From Camelus ferus (taxonomy: Eukaryota), in contig NC_045697.1 of assembly GCF_009834535.1 (NCBI RefSeq), positions 56,174,001 through 56,238,000 on the forward strand: 64,000 nt of DNA, written 5' to 3'. The notes below the pieces were generated by a model. It did no database searches, was not told the DNA's origin, and saw nothing but the letters and a program-made list of their open reading frames with translations. Shown piece after piece: positions 52,961-64,000 of the stretch; within the stretch, counting starts at the first letter, position 1, and each line of letters begins with the position of its first letter. The translations under genes were made by a program, and so were the position numbers.

Positions 52961-54499
52961 TCAGATTAAAACTACATAGGTTCTTGCTGCACTGAAATGC
53001 AACCAGTCAAATGACTGGTCCAAATTCCCATTCCTTCAAAAGACTGTTTCCTGCAGCACTTCTCTTTTGGGAACATTTTTTGGTTTTAATGTCTATTCTC
53101 TTATTTGCAAACAACATTTACTCTGGCTAGTTTAAACACAAGAGGCTTTTAATAAAGGATATTAAGTGGCTTATACAATCATTGAGAAGAATCGATTCAA
53201 AGATTAGAGGCTATGTTTTCAGGAGAAATGCCCAGTACTCTACCACAGATCTGGCCTGATGAAGCCAGTTGTCAAGCAATAAATAGCAAGCACTTGACTT
53301 TATTGCAATTGCTGCTGCCACTAGTAGCATTGCTACTTCAGAATCTCAAACTCGAGGCTGCTGAAAACTCTTCAGTATTGCCACCAACAAAATATTCATA
53401 TTTTGCTGCCATCTTCACCAGCAGAAGGTAAAAAACTGAAAACTTCATAAAGAGCCTAATTTCTTAAGTTGCCTATTTGAATCAGTATCTTGCCTGGGCA
53501 AGTCTGTTTGATGAATCTCAAGCCATATATGTCTTTGTTCTAACAGGAAAAGGATCTGGATGTTTTTGAGTTCTGATTTCTATGTTGGAGAGCTAAAGTT
53601 CATTACCTGGGTTTTATAAATATATAAAGTGGATTTAAACTACGATATCCAGGGAATTTGGTCAAACTTGAATGAAAATTTCTGCATATAATTGTTAAAC
53701 AAATTATCTCTATTATTTAAAAAAAATATGTTTTTTCAAGTAATTAAGATTTGTCCATTGTATCTTTCTCTCTCCCCCTCTTCCTTCCTTCTTCCCTCCC
53801 TGTGTTCTTTCCTTCCTTCATTCTGTATTTTTTTCTATTTCAGGTGATGAGGGTTGAGTCAATAATATGTCTCAACTCATGGCACATTACATCTTTGAAC
53901 TAAGCAAGTTCCTCTCCTGGTTTATGTATTTTCTTATGTACTGCGTTTATCCCAAATCCATTTGCATTTTCCTAAACAGCAGCCTTTTCATAGATTAATT
54001 GCTTATTTTTATTCCTAAGTATTCTTATTAAATGTTTATTTAGCATTTTATGCATATGCTTTAAGTTTAATGTAATGGTTATATTAAATGTCTCGTTCGG
54101 ACTCCTAATCTTTTTCACCATAATCAAAATATTTCATAGATCCGCTCATGTTGCTTTTGGCCATCTAGTGTGCTGCTTATAACCATCATACATCTGCTAC
54201 ACTGTACACAGCAACTCACCCAGTAACAGAGACACAGATCCTCTGACTGCCCAATTTGTGGGCATCTCTATTCAATTTAAAGCCCTAATATAGTTATTTT
54301 CATTTAGTATTCACAAATTTTATTTTACAAAAAAAGGAAAAGATAAAAATAATTAAGCTAGTATATCACATTTTCAGTTCTTTTCCCCTTTCCCTACATG
54401 AGGTACCTAATATAGTTTTGTTGTCTTCAAAATAAAATGCACAGAGTAGAATCTGTGTGTGTGTGTATGTGTGTGTGTGTGTTTAATATGTTACACTGA

Positions 54500-54760
54500 G
54501 CAGCAAATTAGTGTTAAATTGGTTAAAAATCTCAACTGTGGAGCCAGACATTCTGGTTTTTATACTGTCTCTGCCACTGACTACCTGTGTGATTGTGGGA
54601 AAGTTACTCAGATCTCCCAGAACTTCAGTTTTCCACTTGTAAAATGGGAAGAATAATAGTATCTATGACATAGGATGTTTGTGAGGATTAAATGAGTTAA
54701 TATCTATAAAACAATTAAAGTAATGCCTGGCACAGAAAAGATACCTAATAAATGTTACTT
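54500..54760 (+). mobile_element. Near full-length MIR SINE
   Basis: ggttaa...ggagccagac...ctctgccact...tcagttttcc..tgtaaaatggg...gtgaggattaaatgagttaat...cctggcaca...aataaatgtta. Confidence 0.92.
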
Positions 54761-55749
54761 TAGTAGTATTTAGGGACCTTTTCAATAATATTCCATGTAG
54801 TGTGAGTTCATAGAAGAAACTATGAGATAAATAGGCTTTAGACTTTATGAGTATTATATAAACAAACTCATTGGTGAAGTAAAATGGAAAAGAAGAAAAA
54901 TATTCCAAAGTGAAAGATAGTGTATAGAATCAGTGATGCTACAGGTAACAAAGCAACTACTTCACTCTTAAGTGAGTAAATCACAAAAGTTCATTTTCCA
55001 GTGGTGACTCTATTTTGATAATTTCTTAAGACACTAAGTTTTATATTAGCATTGAAGTTTTTCAATTTATAAAAATATCCAGAGCAATATCATAAAGAAA
55101 TGACACGTGAAAAACAGCATCAAAGTAAGGGCAAAAAAGGGGGGAAATAGTTTGTATATAAAAAAATAGTCAAGTAATTTTCACTTTCATCAAAATATAT
55201 TTGGAAAAGATACAGATTTTGTTAACTTCTATTATTTCTGTTTGTGGATGAATATTGTCAATTATGAATTAATCAATTGTCAAAGTTTCCAAGGGAAAGT
55301 ACCTAGAGACAACTACTTTGTTTAATGACATATCATGAATAGCTCTACATTGGCCTTACACTCATGCTTCTGTGACCGGATTAGTGTTCTATTTACGGCT
55401 CCCTACAAAAATCTTTTAGTTTTGCCAACTGAAGCTGCTGCCCATCCACATTGAAGCTTGGCTTAAGTGAGGCGCAATTTCTCTGCTTTTCCTATGCCTG
55501 TTTACTGTTTTCTAAACAGTCATTAGTTCCAAGATGAGACTCTAATGAATATGTCCATAGTTCATCTCTGGTTTATCTAATAAGGATTAGCAGAGAGGGT
55601 GGAATATTTTTAGAAACCATCAACGTCCTTGTTTGGTTCCCTGACTAGAATCTTTCTAGAGACTTCTCTGGTTTCTAAAGAGACACTTCTGGAACTTCTG
55701 TTCCTTCCCTTTCTCCCTTCTACCTATTGTGGTACCAGTGACAGAGGTC

Positions 55750-56010
55750 ATGATGGTAGCATGTTTCAGCACTTACTGTGCACACATTGCTACATGAAGA
55801 ACTTTATTTGGATTTTCTTATTTGATCCTGGCAATATCTTCATGACATAATATTATCATTATTCCCATTTTTAGGGTGAAGAAGCTGAAGTTTAAAGATG
55901 TGAAGTGATTTGCCCATGGTCACAAATCTAGTATGTGAGGGAATAGGAATCTGAACCAAGAAATTCTTACCCTAGAGGTATTATACTCTGAATCACTAGT
56001 GAATATTGCT
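55750..56010 (-). mobile_element. MIR SINE
   Basis: gcacttactgtgc...attcccattttt...gaagctgaag...tgatttgcccatggtcaca...tgaaccaag. Confidence 0.85.
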
Positions 56011-56619
56011 GTATTTCTTATGTTGCTGTAGGTAGCTCAGTCTTCCCATCCACTTAAATTGCTGCTTCCTTGAGAAAGCACACAACATGGAGCACAGGCA
56101 CTATGACTGTTTGCTTTCTTACTGTTTTTTCTGAAATTTCTCCCTGGGGATCACAATAATGCCTAGAATCTATGCTTCTTAAAATATTTCATAAAATAAT
56201 GAGTTCTATGGTTTCTCTATTTTTCAAATTAGTGTTATAATTTCAATTGCTGGTGTGATGTGCAATGTGTTTTAAAGATTTTTGGAATTCTTCAAATAGT
56301 TACATGCCAAAGATTTGGTTTTTTGTTTGTGCTTGGTGCCCCCTCTCTTTTAAACTAAGGATCTAGACACAGAGCCCTAACTGTAATTCCTAGGTTTAGA
56401 CTTTCCAGAACCCTTAAATAAGACATTATTATTTAATGCTGCTGCCTACTAGCCTGCCTACTTTCTTAATCTGTCTTTCTTTAGACACTTTAATGTTGAC
56501 AAAAGGATTCACTGAGAACTGCACTCGTTCCACAGAAGAATTTTGTATAATGAATACTGTGCTATTTGAGAGCAATGCATGGCATTTTCAATCTATAGTG
56601 TGTTTATGAATTACTTACT

Positions 56620-56745
56620 CGTGGACTGCACACTCTGAATTTATGATCCCAAGGGAGGGCCCAAGAATCTGCGTATTTTACCATACGCAAACACAGGCAG
56701 TAATTCTGCTGCAGGGTGTGTTTGACCCACATTTTTGAGAAAAAC
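56620..56745. mobile_element. MER5-like hAT/Charlie fragment
   Basis: gggcccaagaatctgcgtatttta...attctgctgcag...ccacatttttgagaaa resembles a MER5 half. Confidence 0.55.
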
Positions 56746-57731
56746 TTACACTTGCAGGAGGTTATGATACTTGTTTCTTGTCCCTCATCTCTAGGAAAAT
56801 GGTGACAACCCTTAATCAGGTTTACTTGATGTTGCTTTTCTCAAAAGCTCTTTACAATATACCTGCTGACATCCTGTTTTTACACCAGCAATGATTCTGT
56901 TAATACTGTTTTCTTTCTCTCCACTGTGGGTACTCGATTCTGCCTACTGCTCACCTGGAAGCTAGTTTTAAACTCTGCTTTTTTGTGTAATTCTGGTTTC
57001 AAACTCATTCCCTATTTAACAGAAACATGGTCAGAAATCCATTTCCAATATGAACCATCAAACATTCTGGTGGTTCAGTTCAGAATCAGAGCATCTCAGC
57101 ATTTTGAACTATTCAATCATTTGTCCCTTTGGCATGTATGCTTTGAACTTGTTTGTATAAAGATGCATATTGTAAACTGATATGCATAGAACATCAGTTT
57201 GTTTGAAACCTCACTCTGAAGTGCTGTTGCTCTTTATTGCTAGTCCTTGAGAACAAGCTTCTGTAAGGATTCCCAATGACCTGGCATCATGTAAATCTTC
57301 CTGTTGTGCTCTTTAGATGTAGCATAATAGTGAAACCACAGATACAAAATCGTATTTAAATCAAGCTTACCCATGAGTCCACTATTAGGTTCTAAACCAA
57401 GTTTACTTAGAATACTGCAACTTTTTTTGCACAGTGTGTTGAAATGACTTCTTCATGTGATTTTCCTGAAATTGACTGCCATTCATTCAAACACCAAGTA
57501 TTTACTGAGCACCTCCTGCATTCATTATACGTAACTGAGCTTCTGAGAGATTCAAAAGTGATTGAAGGCATGCTCCATCCTACTGTAACTGTAGATTTTA
57601 TTTTCCTACTAAAAAATTAAAGAATAGAAGAATAAAGTCTAATAAAGTAAAACAGAAAAGAATTAGTGACAGTTTGGGTATTAAACTCAGCAGCAATAGC
57701 TGCTTTGAAAGATGATCTGGATTAACTTCTT

Positions 57732-57890
57732 TTTAAAAAATTATTTATTTTTATTTTATTTAAATTTTGTTGTATAGCGGGGGAGTAATTAGGTTTATCT
57801 ATTTTATTTTTTAATGGAGGTACTGGATTGAACCCAGGATCTCACGCATGCTAAACATGCTCTCTACCACTGAGCTATCCCCTCCCAACT
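57732..57890 (-). mobile_element. vic-1-type tRNA-Ala SINE
   Basis: tggaggtactggattgaacccagg...gcatgcta...ctaccactgagctat. TSD tggattaacttctt (57718-57731) / tggattgacttgtt (57891-57904). Confidence 0.92.
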
Positions 57891-58956
57891 TGGATTGACT
57901 TGTTAACTTCACATTATTTTTCTCTGTTTTGTTTCCTTTATCACATGTACATGTCTGTAGAGGCATTCATCCAGATCCACTTAGTCAGAATATACAGTTG
58001 CATTTATTAAAAATAGATGATAAACCATTTTGTAACTGCCCTCACATGTATTTAAATAGTCATGCTTTGTCTGGTGAGCATCAATACCAGCATAATCAAT
58101 CTTTGCTGATAATGACCTATTATAGAATGACATATTAACACAAAATGAAGTGGGAAAAAATATCCTACTACTGTTTGACTATTGGGAGCATTTTTATTTA
58201 TTCTGTTATACCTAATTTTGTTAATATTTGACAATCCATTTAATACATTATTGGAATACCATCAGAGCAAATTACATATTTTGTGGCTTGGTGCAAAGAC
58301 ACCAGTATCTTCTTTGTCAAAACAAGCATCTAACTTGAGGAGTTTCTTTGAAGATGTGAAATGTTTTCCACTAAACAAAATATACTTTAAGTGCTGGCTT
58401 TTTGATCTCACTTTTTACAAATTTTCTTCCATTAGTAAGAAAAGAGAGGCTAGTTTATTGAATCTTCAAGTCTAGAAGGCCTGAAGATATGACCTGTATT
58501 GCAAACCAGTGCTTGAACTACAACTCAAGCAATGATTCTTCTTAGACTCGTGGTCTGAACTGAAATATAAATACAGTATTATTACAAACAGTGAAGTTTC
58601 TCTGCTTTGGTATATCCATGTATTTAAAGTATGTGAATTTAGATGGTGTCTGTCTATTTTGAAACAATTTTTATTTTTTTCTAATGAAACAGTAAATGCC
58701 ATTTGAAGGTGAAAACTTCCAGTATTCTATAAATTATTAACCTTTCAGATAATGATTTCTGTCATTAACAGTCTACTCATATTCATAAGGCTTCATTTAT
58801 TGTTACTTAAACTTAATTAACCCTTGATATGCTATAGGTATAGAAGAAAGTAATTCTATTTCAGGAAAAAACTTTGTTTCTAAAGAGTAAATTAGTAGTG
58901 TTTTTAAGTTATTATTGGTAGTGATGGGCGTGGTAGTAGTAGTTAGTGGTTAAGGA

Positions 58957-59620
58957 AGTAGTTTCTTCCTTATCTGCAGGGGATACATCCCAAGACCCCC
59001 AGTGGATGCCTGAAACCTTGGATAGTATGGAACCCTACATGTATATACGATGTTTCTTTTCCTATACTTACATACCTCTAATAAATTTTAATGTATAAAT
59101 TAAGCATGGTAAAAGATTAACAATAGTAACTAGTAATAAAATAGAACAATTATAAGAATACACTGTAATAAAAGTTATGTGAATATGGTCTCTCTCTTTC
59201 TCTCTCTCATAATATCTTACCGTAACATACTCACCCTTCTTCTTGTGACGATGATGATGTGAGATGGTAAAATGCCTACTTGATGAGCTAAAATGAATGA
59301 CCTTGGAATTGTGACATAGTGTTAGGCTGCTGTTGACCTTCTGATGATTGGTCAGAAGAAGGATCATCTGCTGCTGGTGATCCTGGATCACTGAGCCATG
59401 ACGATGTGGATTTTGCAGTGTAAGGAGCAGAGGATGTCGATGGTTGGGAATTCCAGGCAGGATGGAACTTGTTGGTGCAAGATTTTTATTACACTACTCA
59501 GGACAGCAGGCAATTTTAAGCTTATGAATTGTTTATTTTTGGAATCTTCCATTAATATTTTTGAACCACAGTTGACTGGGGGTACCTGAAACTGTGGAAA
59601 TGAAGCTGTAGATAAGGCTG
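58957..59620 (-). mobile_element. MER44-type (Tigger7-derived, Tc1/mariner) non-autonomous DNA transposon
   Basis: TIR remnants ccttatctgcag (58968-58979) / ctgtagataagg (59606-59617); internal caagacccccagtggatgcctgaaacc...gatagta. Confidence 0.85.
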
Positions 59621-61589
59621 TTTTTGTTTTGGTCCAGTTTAGACAATTAAAATTTATGTGTAAGGATCGAAGGATTCAAGGAATAAAGGAATAATTCTAA
59701 ACATTGTCCAATATGATACTAATATTCGTACTCTCAGAGGGGGTTAAGCATTCAGTTGATCATGGGATTTACATCTATTTTTCTATGGATTAGGACTGGA
59801 AACATAGTGGCTTGCCTCCTAAAACTGTGAAATCACACTCTTATGTAATTGGTAGGGGATCTGAATGTCACGTAGCTTGACTTTTTCCCTCTATTTTCTT
59901 AAACCCACTACTGTTATTTCTAGCCTTACCATTACTTTATCTTTACAGAAAAAAAATATAACACTGTCTGTCACTGTGAGGCATTTAATAGAGATAGTAT
60001 TCACAAACTTGGTTATTACAAGTCAGCAGAGAAAATACGTAGTCTACAATTGTGTTTAGAACATCCCTCACAGGCTTCTGTTACTTTCACGTGAGATGAG
60101 GTTCTTGGGCTCAAAATTGTTTGAACTTTTAAAAGGATCCTGTCTTGAAAAACAACTATTATTTTCTTAGAAAGTCACATGGATGGTGCAGCTAGACTCT
60201 GGTTTAACAGCAATCCACCCTCTCTTAATTTTTTAATTTGTTTTTGTCTTAGTAATGTGTATAGTTATCTCATATTTAATCAGAATTCATTTTAAATTCT
60301 GATTTAAATATTTCTTAAACTAATTTTAAAGATGCTGACAATAATGATAATGATAATTATAGCAAATATCACCATGTTCCATGTTGTTCTAGTTTTATAA
60401 AGATATGTTAACTAAGTTTCTTAGTAAAATATCTAAAATATTTTTGGTGAAATTGGAAATAGAGACAGTTTGAATTTTGTCCCTGAATCTGGTCCTCTTT
60501 ACCAAGTAGCTATTAAATAGCCATTAAGGTCCTCACTTTCATGCAACCCTGGCCTTTTGTTCTGAGAAACTCAGGGTATCTCAGATTTCATCTAATCTAG
60601 CCATGACTTTGGTGTTTTAGTTCTCCTATTCATGAGTTATTTTTTTACATAATATTTTCTGAAGTATAAACAACCAGAGGTGTCATCCATTGTCTTATTT
60701 ACTCCTCACACCAACTCATTGAAGTATGTAAGTTGTATCCCTATTTTTTACAGTATTACTTATTTGAATAGCCTACTGATTTAAATTCATAATTGTTTGA
60801 CTCTGCAACAGCCAAACTGCTGCACATAACATACATTTAACTTGAATGTGCTTTTAGCAATGCAGGGGACATATTTTATCACTGAAAGTTACAAGTTTCA
60901 GGAATAGTTTGATCATGGATCTGGCTTTATTTCTCTGAGATTTTCAGAGCTGGACCCTCCTCTGGGTCTGCTTTGACATAAGATGGAATTCTCCCATGGT
61001 AGCAAAATAGCTACAGCAATTCCAGACCTTATATATGGATAGCTCATCATACCAGAAGGAAAGAAAACTTCTCTTCCTCCGTTTGTTAACTGAAAGTCCT
61101 AGGCCTCAAGCACAAGGGCCACATTGAGAGAAGGCACACTGCTGAGCCCATCACTGTGATGAGGGGTTGGAAATAGACCAGCTGGCTCATTCTCCCTGGG
61201 CTTCTCCAGGGACCTCCCCATGGTCCTCTGCAAGGACTCACAAGCAGAGTCAGTCCCATCAAAACTCAGCAGCTATGGCACAGTAGAGGGTGGATAGATG
61301 ATTGAAGAGTAGGACTCAGCTTATTTTGTTGCCCTTGTGCACTGTTCTTTTTTTTGATTCATAAATGTTTTGTGAAAGGTGGTTACTATTTCAAACACCT
61401 GCATGAGTAAAACCTTTTTGCTATTGGAACACTCAACCCTCCTTTAAAAAAAAATCTTTGGCTATGGTTGCCATTTATTTTGTTAATTTTTGTATTCTTC
61501 CCATCAGTTTGTACATTTTTATTCCTCAGAGTTCTGCCCAAGAGCCTTTTCTCTTCTCACTTAAAAAAAAATAAAGTTATGACATTTTA

Positions 61590-62510
61590 TTACACAAGCA
61601 TGCTTGGCTATGTGCTATGTAACAAACCACCCCCAAAACTCAGTATTCTAAACAATAGCCATTTATTTTTGCTCAAGAGTCTCTATCTACTAAGCATTTC
61701 ATCTTGCTCCAGCTTGCTTTACTCATCCATAGTCAGCTGGAGATTGCATAAGTGACTGTATTAGTTTCCTATGCCTGTTGTAGCAAATAAAGCAAAGTTA
61801 GTGGCTTAAACAACACGGATTTATTATTATTTAACACAATTATCTCTGATAATTATCATTCATATCAGAGTCCAACAAGGGTCTCATTAGGCTAAAATCA
61901 AGATGTCTGCAAGGCTATATTGTCTTTAGGGGGCTCTAGGAAAGAACTAATCTCCTTGTCTTCCCAGCTTTGAGAGGATGCCTGCATTCTTCTGCTTGTG
62001 AGCCCCTCCCTCCAACTTCAAACCCAGCAATGGTAGTTCAGGTCCCTCTTGCACTACCTTACCCTGACTTCCTCTTCTGCCTCCCTCCTCATGTATATAT
62101 ACCCTTCTGATTATATTGGACACTCCCAGATAACCCAGGGTAATCTCCTTATCTGCTGTTGAGCAACCTTAATTCCCTTTGCAACTTTAATTTCCCTTTG
62201 CCTTGTAATGTGACATATTCAGAGGTTCTGGGGATTAGGACATGGCTGTCTTTGGAGGACCATTATTTTGCATACCACAGTGACTCTGTTGATCTCTCTC
62301 ATCCATCTGAAGATCAGCAGACTGGCTTATTTTGAAAGGCCTTGGTTGGGATAACTGGGCTTTTCTCCATGTGATTTTTCAAGCTGCAGCTTATCTCTTT
62401 GTTGAAGTTAGGTTTCCAAGAAAAATTACACATCATCACATTCATTGATTTCTACAGGCTGAAACAAGGCAAAAGATCAGCCCAGTCAAAAAGACTCTGT
62501 AATCACCATA
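61590..62510. mobile_element. Older MLT1 (F/G/H-type) LTR split by the 523-bp LTR
   Basis: gtaacaaaccacccccaaaactcagt...aaacaatagccatttatt on the left; ttctccatgtg...catcacattc...cagcccag on the right. Confidence 0.7.
61757..62279. mobile_element. Solo MLT1 (C/D/E-type) LTR, 523 bp
   Basis: TG...CA termini (tgtattagtttcct ... cataccaca) with a perfect 5-bp TSD gtgac at 61752-61756 / 62280-62284. Confidence 0.92.
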
Positions 62511-63029
62511 ATTTATTCTCTAAGCATGCAAAGTCTCGCTTTCTGACCTTCATATATGTTGTTCTGATTGGCTGCCTTTCTACCATCTTTCCCTTGCTTA
62601 TCCCACTGAGTAGAAGACAAAGTAATAATTTCTTCGTACTTTGGTTTGTCATGGGTGTGGTCTATTGGAAACAAATGGTGAGTGTCATATTTCACTCAGC
62701 TTTATTGCCATCTCTTTTATGTATTTTTTAAATAACTATCTTGCTTGTCCCATTGGTGATAAAGGAGCTATCGATTTTGTGTGTATCGTTTCTTCCTTCT
62801 CTTCCCAGATGCAGGAAGGATGTGGGAAATCCATGTGGACAGTAGTAGGCTCAAATGCACTGAGGTGGCTTCAAGTAAAGATGCCTTCATCTTAAGCATC
62901 TGACTTTAATAACAGGACTGCTGGCTCATAAAATTTTAAGGAAAAGAAGCAACCCAGATGAAGAGTGTGTTTACAATCAGATATTACCAAGTAATGTTTA
63001 AGAGTTGACATAATGTCAACTTTATGATG

Positions 63030-63860
63030 CTTTCCCCTCCTCACATCCGACATCCAACCATCACTAAATCCTAACTCTTCTGTACCTAAATGAATCTATA
63101 ATTCAGTTATTTCCCACCCATTCCCTTGCTAACACTTTGATCCAAACCACTATTGTTTCATAATTAAATTATTATAATAGTCTAATGAATCCCTTTATTT
63201 ACCCTTTGGACTACCACAATTTACTTTCCACGTAGTGGCCACAGGAATCTCTTTAAAATACGTTAAATGATATCACTTCCCTGCTCAATACTTTCTCATT
63301 GCTCCTCATCTCACTCAGAGTAAACAACATTGACCTACAAGATCTGAACCTTTTCCACTTCTTTGACTAAACTCATCTCTCAATGCTTTCTCATTTACTT
63401 TACTAGGTACACTTGCCTCCTTGATAATTGAACTTTTCAGTCTCAGGTCTTTTCTACTTGCTGTTACTTCTTCCTAAAACCATCTTCCCCCAGATTTCCA
63501 TTGTCTCCCTGCCTTGACATAATAAATGCCTTTTGCTTAAATATATTTTCAGAAGTGTTTCCTGACCCTCCTGTTTATAATTGTGTTTATGCTTGTGCAC
63601 ATGCACTGGCCTATGTACACATGTCCCTCATCCTGGCCTTTTGTATCTCATTTATCGGGTTCCCCACCCCCTCACAGAACAGAGCACTTTCTAACACTGT
63701 GTAACTCACTTAGTTTGTATGTATTTTTGTCTCACCCTGAGAATATAAGTTCCATTAAATGCGGGAACTTTACTACAATTTCTTGCCAAGAAATGCACTT
63801 GCAAGTAGAAAGAACTTGATAATTATTTGTTGGAAGAATGAGTGAGTGAATAAATGACCA
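63030..63860 (+). mobile_element. L2 3' end
   Basis: catccaaccatcactaaatcct...cacttccctgctcaa...ctcatctcactcagagtaaa...aataagttccat...tatttgttggaagaatgagtgagtgaataaatg. Confidence 0.85.
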
Positions 63861-64000
63861 AAATTCTTGAAAGGTATCTTTTTACAAATAGATATTTGTC
63901 TTAAAAAACTCCATACTTTATTGTTTTTATCAAGCAAAGTAGTTACTATTTCTATTCCTAATTCTCAAGTCATTTTTAGATTTCACACTAAAAGATGTCA

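Noticed and set aside
53050..53600. 5' LTR of the ERV-L remnant
   Set aside because: It looks like an unrelated old MLT1-type fragment. No matching second LTR or primer-binding site was found.
1..64000. Remaining 60-110 aa ORFs in the track, and any prokaryote-type system (CRISPR, operon, retron)
   Set aside because: The ORFs are low-complexity random frames in intron or repeat DNA without splice or domain support. The only reverse transcriptase sequences are the L1 ORF2 and the ERV-L relic.

Overview
Mammalian, AT-rich and repeat-rich DNA. It is almost certainly camelid, because it carries four tRNA-Ala-derived vic-1-type SINEs. The window lies inside the EPHA5 receptor tyrosine kinase gene on the + strand. 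Only two coding exons are present: 42255-42410 (156 nt, end of the Cys-rich region) and 46363-46698 (336 nt, first fibronectin type III repeat). The rest is intron. The largest insertion is a young, full-length (7.1 kb), antisense LINE-1 at 2973-10074. It has a perfect 14-bp target-site duplication, a CpG-rich 5'UTR with a YY1 site, a ~400-nt inter-ORF spacer, and disabled ORF1 and ORF2. Other repeats include short L1 3' fragments, MIR and L2 relics, MLT1 LTRs (one nested pair), a MER44-type DNA transposon and microsatellites. A heavily decayed ERV-L gag-pro-RT remnant (~50340-52960) is barely visible in the ORF track. I see no demonstrably new biological system. The best leads are a candidate intronic polyadenylation site that would yield soluble EphA5, a TE-built cryptic terminal or poison exon, a cloverleaf-like nested inverted repeat at ~32.6 kb, a perfect 28-bp palindrome, and CpG-retaining non-repeat intronic blocks. 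Repeat family names are from memory of consensus sequences, not from a database search, and old repeat boundaries are approximate.
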